Part shown: piece by piece, positions 56,864 to 64,000 of the stretch
Layout: every line of letters starts with the position of its first letter
How positions within the stretch are numbered: position 1 is the stretch's first letter
NCBI GenBank assembly: GCA_965285935.1
Contig: OZ260664.1
Location: 69,626,001-69,690,000, forward strand
Source: Ophelia neglecta
Lineage: Eukaryota
Reading direction: 5' to 3'
Length of the DNA stretch: 64,000 nt
The notes under the pieces: generated by a model
What the model was told of the DNA's origin: nothing
Database searches by the model: none
What the model saw: only the letters and a program-made list of their open reading frames with translations
Position numbers and translations under genes: made by a program

Positions 56864-57075
56864 GGTGATATATCCGATTCACATGGCTGCTTATCCATCG
56901 TCCCGGCTACGATCCCTCAGGTCATCCTCTATCGGCCCAAAGCGTAGCGAAGCGGAGCGAGGGCCGACATATGATGACCGGAGGATGACCGGGGATATGG
57001 ACCCTTGGGCTCAAGATGGACCGATAGTTCTTCAGACGTGTCATAGCCATTACATATATATATATATGTATATAT
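56864..57075. mobile_element. Fold-back (palindromic) MITE-like element ending in (TA)n
   Basis: Nested inverted repeats ATGGCT/AGCCAT, CCATC/GATGG, GGTCATCCTC/GAGGATGACC and TCGGCCC/GGGCCGA around a central GCGAAGCGGAGCGAG. Confidence 0.6.
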
Positions 57076-57976
57076 CTCAACTTGGGAATTTAGACTCTGA
57101 AGAAATCATTTGTAAGGCAGCTTTCGAAACGAAAGCTTGTTATAAAAGGAATTACATGTATAGTTATATTTTTCGACCATAGCAGAAACAAAACTTGTGA
57201 AATATATCGTAAGTGTAATTTCAAACCAGTTTTCGAGCGATAGCAAGACAGACAGATCCGTAATGGCACGAGGTGTGCCTGACAACACGTTCTATGCCCT
57301 ATAAGTGCTGCAATTTGAGTCAATTTATGAGAAAGGTAAAGGCAACCGTAAAGTTGACAGAAATGGCTCAGCAGAGCTAGGCCTTTAAGGTGAATGTCGC
57401 TACGGTTTATTTTTAGCAAAATGAGACTTCGCCATGTCCGGTGAAGCCGTTGGAATAAACATAATCAAAAAAACTACATTGTATACAGATTGTGCGTGCA
57501 AGATTCTATTAGGAATCGTGAGAGATACTTTCTTAAAATTGCGTTAACCATTGGCGGGGAAGATCTCCTGTTGGAGACCTCTATATTCACTAAGGCATAC
57601 ACAGCATTGAGTATACAGTATAAATGTGTCAATCCGGTGTAAAAATAATGTTGATATCCTTTTCATATGTGCTGAAGAACTGAAAATAAGCGTACTGATT
57701 TATACATTACAACGCCACCCCACATTTGTTTTGTGGTTTGATTCACATCATGTATACCGTAGGTCTTCCTTATTGCAAATGATAACTTGTGTTTATTCAA
57801 TTTAAGCAGGGTTTCGCGCTAACACACTTAACCTTATTTATGGAACTAATTATGGAGGGAGAAGGTGATTAAACACAGCACACTAGACACAATTGTCGTT
57901 AAGACTAACAGAACACAACGTATATTTCATCGCTGCCATCGAATGTCCCTCAACTGTAGCTTTCAGAGCCTTACAC

Positions 57977-57977
<1 letters not shown>

Positions 57978-58010
<33 letters not shown>
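57978..58010. repeat. (TA)n microsatellite
   Basis: Perfect TA run of about 16 units. Confidence 0.97.
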
Positions 58011-58017
<7 letters not shown>

Positions 58018-61000
58018 ATTTCAAATAAAATTTGATATTGCGTAAGCTGTATCAATAATTCGATATCCCTTTTTGATTCGTCGACCATTTTAATTCTCAA
58101 ATATATATGAGTTACTTACATTTCACCTTGGTTGTAACAAATCTACATGTATTTCGCTTAATGTTGTATATCTCATTCCTTTTTTTCTGTTCATGGATGG
58201 AGTATTGTCAACTTTGACCTTTTTGAAGCCAACTTGTTTTTTTTTGGACACTAAGTTCTCTCCTGTCGAGTTTTATTTTCACGTTTGGCCGAAGAGATGT
58301 CTTGCAACCTGTCCGTGTATTTTTTTCCCGAAGAATCTTAAGGCTAATGCATGTCTTTTAACTCAGCCGTGTACCATAGAGGTGGCTTGAGAGAGTTGTG
58401 ACGTCGGTAGACACATCTTCCTGTCGTACTTACAAGTATACACTTTTATGTACGCCATTTGTGTATGCTATCGAAATGATGACGGGGACCTTGTTTTAAT
58501 AACACCGCGGTGCACAAATAGTGCCGTTTGGTTCTTGAAGAGTTCGGTGACCCATGTTATTTGAACAAGTAACCACCCATTTATTTGCCCATGGGAGATA
58601 TTGCATTTAAACATACATATATATAGAAATATACGTGGATGGAAATCAACACTGAAAATCATATACATCAATAGAAAAATTGGTTCATGTCCCGGAGATA
58701 TTGCGGTGGCTTTTTTGTTGGGTCCCGCTCAATAACATGCCAAACTATAGCTTAGCTTCCATCAACCAACAGTGTTTAGTCTTAACCTGTGGATTAAGGG
58801 ATTTTGCAGAATATTGGATGTAACTGATATTTTTTGGTTTAAATAGAGCCCCCCCCCCCTCTTCAATGACCAATAACTTTGCCTCAGAATTGGCTGACGT
58901 ATAATCGATCTCCCGATGAAGCCCTCTGGCGACTTGCCATGGGTGAACCTGCTATTATAAATAAATCTTTTTTTACATTGAAACACTAAGAGCCTGGCTC
59001 CCGCGAGCTCAGCTATAATCTCTGGCGGCCGATTGATGTGTCCGATGTGTCTACAAATGGTGCGATTCTACCCTAGCTCGATCACAGATACCAATTAATG
59101 TCGTTGAACTCCACGGCGATTTCGACTCGTCGTGAAGCAGGTAACCGTGTATCACATTTATGAGTATTGAAGAACGAGCCAGGGCGACCACCACGGTCAA
59201 GGTTTACCAAATTGCACTTGTCTTTGAACCGAAAAGAAGTCAACGAGCAGTTTGATATTTATACGTGTTTCCATCGCAGGAAACAGGAATTTAGACAATA
59301 TCCAACGGAATGCCCTCTATATTTAGCACCATTCGAGCTATAGTATATTAGTTATGAAGCAGAGAATTTGGGAACCGTATAGACAAAGTACATATACATT
59401 GACGCTGGCCACTGAGTGAATAATGAAAATATTACCTACTCCCTTCGGAGCGCTTCCGAACACTTATTGGTTTAAACGGAGCCAAGCTTGCTGCGATAAT
59501 GCCATATCTGGCACCTGGATAATCTCCAAAATCCTATTTGTTTAATTCAAGTCAATTCCCTATTCGTTTTATTCCAATACGTCCAATTCCCCAGTTCAAA
59601 ATAACAATACGCCATGGCTTATATTATCCGTGGTTCCTTGGGAGATGTGTTCTACACTGCATCTGAGAAGTGTCTTAACTGACTATAGATTAATTGTACT
59701 TGTCCGCAAGAATTGTTCTGGTTCCTATTGCCAATTCGCAACCAGGACGGACAACGGATAGAGTTGCATCAATGTCATAGACACGGTGTATGTTATTTTT
59801 AGTCTGAATCCAGTGGAGAAAAATAAAGCAGAGAAAATATGATAATGGGTTAAAATGGGGACGTTCCAGTTAAAAAAAAAACTTGACTCGAAATTCAAGA
59901 TTCGGTAATTAATAACACGCTTGTCAATGACCTCCTTCTCTTTGTAGTGAGGGTAATGACACAATAAGAGTGTGTGGGGGTAGGGCATACCTTGCCCTTC
60001 AATTTCTGTACCTGCCTTTGAAGGCGATAACAGTCTTTAGACATTTAAAACCTTTTGTCTGCAATAGGTTTACAAACGAGCCAGCGAAATAAGTATGGGG
60101 AACTTCACTTTCCGGCGATTGGTCAGCCTCTCGTGCTAGCATGACAGGCCTTCTTCCTGCCAGGACACAGTGGCTCGGCAATTACCGGTCCATGACCTGT
60201 CGGACATGACAGGGGATATGCGGCGGTGAACGCGAGTTCTGGGTGAAGAATACATGTAGTCAAAAGTATAATGGGAGGGGGGGGGCGAGTTGGGGGGGGG
60301 GGGGTTAATGGATATACAGCAGAGGGAATCGTATTAGTGACAGGATTGAACAGAACTTGGATTGCTGTTTTTTAAGAATATTCACAAGGACAAGCTGGTT
60401 TTCGAGTTGAACAACTATCACTAAATTAATGTTTATTTAACTCCGTGCGGGTTTTGAGTGAATAAAAAACCTGTTTCCTGTTATAAAAACAATTTGCTAG
60501 CTAACCCATTTCCATTTAATGACTTTCTTCTTTGTTATTGCCGATTTGACTACTCAACAAGTTGAGTATTTAAGCTTTTCACGCATTATAGCATTGTTTG
60601 ATACGCCTAAGGACTATATTCCATATAATTCATTTTTTCCCTGCAAATGTTTTATACAAATACATGACCAGTTGATCAAGATGTTACAATCATTTGATTC
60701 TCAAACCTCTTGTGCTCGCTGTAAAAAAAAACCAACCCTAGTGCGTCTCGCTTTTTGAATGGCACTCCTTAACTGGAGTTAATAGGGTCACGCCATTGTA
60801 ATGGGCGAACGGTTTCCTTCTGATAGGTTACATAATGAATTTGGCATTCAGTCAATAATTTAACACTCATTCTTTAAAATGCCCATCCTCTTGATGTTTT
60901 TCGCGGCTTCATTTTTATAATGGTCGCCTTGTTCCCAAAAGGAAACTCTGAATATAGGATATTATATTATTCTGTTGCTCTTTTAAAGCGTTGAGCATTT

Positions 61001-61100
61001 AATAAATGTGGTAAATATATGTTTGGAAATAGGAATCTCATGATCATGGTAAAATAAGAGCCCACACATCCACACTGCAGCTCCATTACTGTAATTGCAG

Positions 61101-61327
61101 TCTGAAGCCAGGGCTGAGAGGTTGCGCCGGAGACGAGTCCGGGGCGCCGCTGTTTGGCGTCGCGGCAGTGGCTGTAAAGCCTTACTGATGTGGAGCTGGG
61201 AGTGTTGTGATGAGAAGGCCGAGAGCTCCCGGCGAGCTCAGACATTAGGCTGTAAGTGACTACCGCCACCAGGATAATCCTAATTGTTCACGTATCTACT
61301 CAGTCGGATATGATTTCCTACACTCCG
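61101..61327 (+). ncRNA. Candidate structured non-coding exon (block A reference copy)
   Basis: TAATTGCAG| at 61100 and CCG|GTGAGT at 61327/8; ~117-nt imperfect hairpin at 61155-61271; the plus-strand frames close within the interval. Confidence 0.5.
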
Positions 61328-63068
61328 GTGAGTAGGCCTACATTATAATGTATTCGCCTTAAACATAACTATGATCCGTGTTCATGTTTTTCTTTAGATC
61401 AAAACATGAGAGAGACATGTTTTTCGAAAAAGGACCGAGAGAGAATGGTGATTGTCTGTAGAAAAAAAGCTTTTAAATGGTACATAGTGGTAATTTACTC
61501 TCAGCTGACATTTTGTGTAAACACAAGTTCACTTTATATATTTGCTTTTCCATATGTGGTTAAAATAGCAAGGCTAAAGATATATGAAAGTGTTAGTCTC
61601 TTAGACGAGGCTATATATGGATTCCGTGAAACTCGCTAAGTATAGGGTATTTGCCCGACAGGTATAAATATACAAAAGTATGCTAATGCTCCTACGATTA
61701 GAGAATTTATAAATTTCCCAACACAGAAAAGCCTTCAAATGCGACTACATGTATTAGGATCCCAACACATATCGGAATGCAGGGAGAATGGTACAAGTGC
61801 AATAATCTATGTTATTGAGCTAGCATGCGTACATCTGTGATATTACATGCCGACGTTGTCTCGTATACATGTATATAACTGTGTCGAACCTTTCTCGCCT
61901 GTTGACTTGCGTGATACTGATCAGTGCACGACTCAATATGAGTTCTTTATTCCCGCCAGGGTTGGACTTTACATCAGTCTATCTATACATTATATGCCTG
62001 GATCGAGTATGGTTAACCATGACCTTTTGGCGCAAATCGTGACATCGGTTCCATCAGGACAACCCGGCCAGCGGCTGTTGATTGTTCGTCTGGCTCGAAG
62101 TGCTGTCCTGTCGAGTTCTTTCACGTTTGGTCTTGTACACGATTCGTCTTTGTATTTCCCGGCTATGCTAAAACCTAATGGATTACTTTATCGAAAGACT
62201 GCATGCGCCTAAGATGTGGCAGGATGCATTTGTAGCATTAGGAGACGCATTAACAAGAGGAGTAAAACCTTTGGCAAAGCTTACTGCTTTTTTTCGTAAT
62301 CAGGGGCTGCAGCCGTAATATGTTTGGCCTTTTCCCACAATCTCGTCACGTAGTAATATTTCAGATATTTGATCACACAAAGCCGATGTCCATGACAGTG
62401 GAAGGAACAAATAGTCTTATATGTACGTACAAACGGGTATATTTAATTTCGGACCACGCCATTTTCCGATATTATGAACATAGGAAACTATAGGCCTATT
62501 GGCCATGACTATAATATGTGATCTCATATTGCAATGAATTTGCCGTTGCTGGCCTATTGAAATTCGCTCAATAACTTGGCGAGGCATAGCTTAGCCGAGA
62601 GCTTAGCTCTCGCCATCCAACAGGTTCTCATGGTAATCAGTGGATTGTACTGAGCAATAGAGGTGATTGTATAGAATATTGGATGCTGGCATTACGTATT
62701 GGCTTTCAATGAGTTTGCCCCCTGACGAGTAGCTACTTGGCCTCCTTGGTGAAGCTATTAAAACACCGCTCGGCCTATCGGCGATAGAAAGCCTTCCCAA
62801 TTTGCCATGTGTGAACTTGATATTATAAAGCGAACATGTTTTGGTCAGTATGATAACCCGTCTCCCGCCCGCCCATTGTCCCAGACAGACCACTTCAGTT
62901 CTCAGCGTCCCAATATAGAGCAAGTTTACTATATTGTAATTGTTATTCACAATTAAACACGAAAAAAACTGCAATGATAGAAAACGTGTGGGTGGTCACA
63001 TTCTTTTTCTTGTTACTGTAGGGTGTGTTCAACAATTTAGGTCGAGGACTACATTTGTTTACATATAA

Positions 63069-63518
63069 AGGGTGTTTCATAAAAGTCGGATAAGTGGTTG
63101 GCCAGCTAGAATTGAAGTTAAAGCTATATTTACTAGGCTAAACGGTTTTATAAAGCTCAGCTGGTTAGGTTAAGGCCATAACACTTAGCTTTAGATCAAG
63201 TCCTAGCCAGCCAGTAAGCCACCTCATGATATCTCTGGCTAGGATCTAGCGGTCAATACCTGTCTATAGGACTTCTACAATGGACCAAGCATAAATTTTA
63301 CGCAATTGTATGTACGATTAATGATAGTCTAGCTCAAGTGTGGTCAATGAAATCCTGCTAATCTCATTAATCAATCATGCTAACCATACCTTAGCTTTGG
63401 CAGACGATATAGCCTGCTTACAATTTAAGTTATCTAGCTTGTATTTTAGCCAGCTTACGCTAGCCTGCTTAAACAGTTTAGCTCGCGAGAACCTTTCCGA
63501 CTTTTATGGAAAACCCCT
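63069..63518. mobile_element. Non-autonomous DNA transposon (~450 bp, possibly Harbinger-like)
   Basis: TIRs AGGGTGTTTCATAAAAGTCGGA and TCCGACTTTTATGGAAAACCCCT. Interior rich in GGCTA/TAGCC/AGCT subrepeats in inverted arrangement. TSD not clear. Confidence 0.75.
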
Positions 63519-63588
63519 GCTGTAAACAATTCTAATTGTGCCAGCAATGACCGAACCTCAAACATATTCCCTGAGATTTGTTTGCTCT

Positions 63589-63591
<3 letters not shown>

Positions 63592-63619
<28 letters not shown>
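63592..63619. repeat. (TA)n microsatellite
   Basis: Perfect TA run of about 14 units. Confidence 0.97.
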
Positions 63620-64000
63620 ACAGTGTATTATGTCAGTCGCGAAACTCCATACACTTTATAACAAGGGTTCAAAGCATTGGCTATATGTATACAAAGTCTT
63701 TTCTTTCTCTGGGCCTTGTTTCTATCTCAGTGTCTTTCTAGATTGTTCTGGATAGGCTTTTGTGCTTCATTACACTTTACCATTTCCAGTTCCTGAACAT
63801 AACAAACGAGCGCTGGATACAGATAACGTGTATGCTATGCGCTGGCTGTCTTGTCCTGAATTAAACGGGTGTACGATTTTATAGCATTTTTAAGCCATTC
63901 TAACTACGGGCGGCAGATTGCTTTACTTGGCTTAATGGCCTTACTCTATATACTCTACCAACCAAGCAGTCTGAGAGACAAATGAAAGTAGTTTCACGTA

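Larger units (their letters stand above)
1..62950 (+). repeat. Ancient diverged head-to-tail array of multi-block units (D-A-preB-B-C), candidate structured ncRNA array
   Basis: Same-orientation homologous blocks in constant order. B: AAGTGCTGTCCTGTCGRGTTCTTTCAC at 46416 and 62098, variant at 58253. C-start: CGCTCAATAAC at 58726 and 62565; TGCCAATCAATAACAC at 23850 and 36399. C-mid: TTGCCATGKGTGAACYTGMTATTATAAA at 58934 and 62802; AGCCTGGCTCCC at 53702 and 58991. A: TGGCGTCGCGGCMGTGG at 18569 and 61155. preB: CAGGCGATGTTT at 28983 and 52625. D: TTGGTCAGC..GTGCTAG..GACARGC at 33742 and 60119. B to C-start spacing is 452, 473 and 467 bp in the three clearest units. Confidence 0.8.

Noticed and set aside
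59324-59345. TAGCACCATTCGA partial match to miR-29/285; similar partial match to miR-153 near 45793
   Set aside because: No complementary arm forming a precursor hairpin; the matches are incomplete.
62150-62185. Minus-strand peptide NPLGFSIAG resembling a PDZ GLGF loop
   Set aside because: Preceded by a stop, the paralogous copy has an in-frame stop, and the rest of a PDZ fold is absent.
62603-62974. 123-aa minus-strand ORF sharing FTHGK and SNIL.N with ORF 58762-58986
   Set aside because: The similarity reflects DNA homology of block C. The 53.6-kb copy has stops and a frameshift, and there is no recognisable domain.
1-64000. CRISPR arrays, operons, rRNA/tRNA/snRNA genes, homeobox or other conserved coding exons
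   Set aside because: None seen: no regularly spaced short repeats, no cloverleaf, no rRNA or snRNA signature runs, no recognisable protein motif outside LINE remnants. Very small exons of a flanking gene cannot be excluded.

Overview
AT-rich eukaryotic (probably invertebrate animal) genomic DNA with one assembly gap (33206-33360). I cannot support any intact protein-coding gene; the ORF track looks like chance ORFs, apart from decayed LINE reverse-transcriptase remnants. Recognisable furniture: several MITEs with clean TIR/TSD signatures, two LINE fragments and microsatellites. The main result came from aligning the window against itself by eye. Most of it appears to be an old, head-to-tail array of highly diverged paralogous units: about 10 well-anchored copies, perhaps 15 or more, usually 3-6 kb apart. 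Each unit carries the same ordered blocks (named here D - A - preB - B - C) at similar spacings. The blocks share no reading frame. They do keep equivalent hairpins with compensatory changes and G-U pairs that work on the + strand, and block A often ends in a splice-donor-like site. My best inference is a tandem array of structured non-coding RNA genes or exons that I cannot assign to a known family. All alignments and folds are manual and need computational confirmation.
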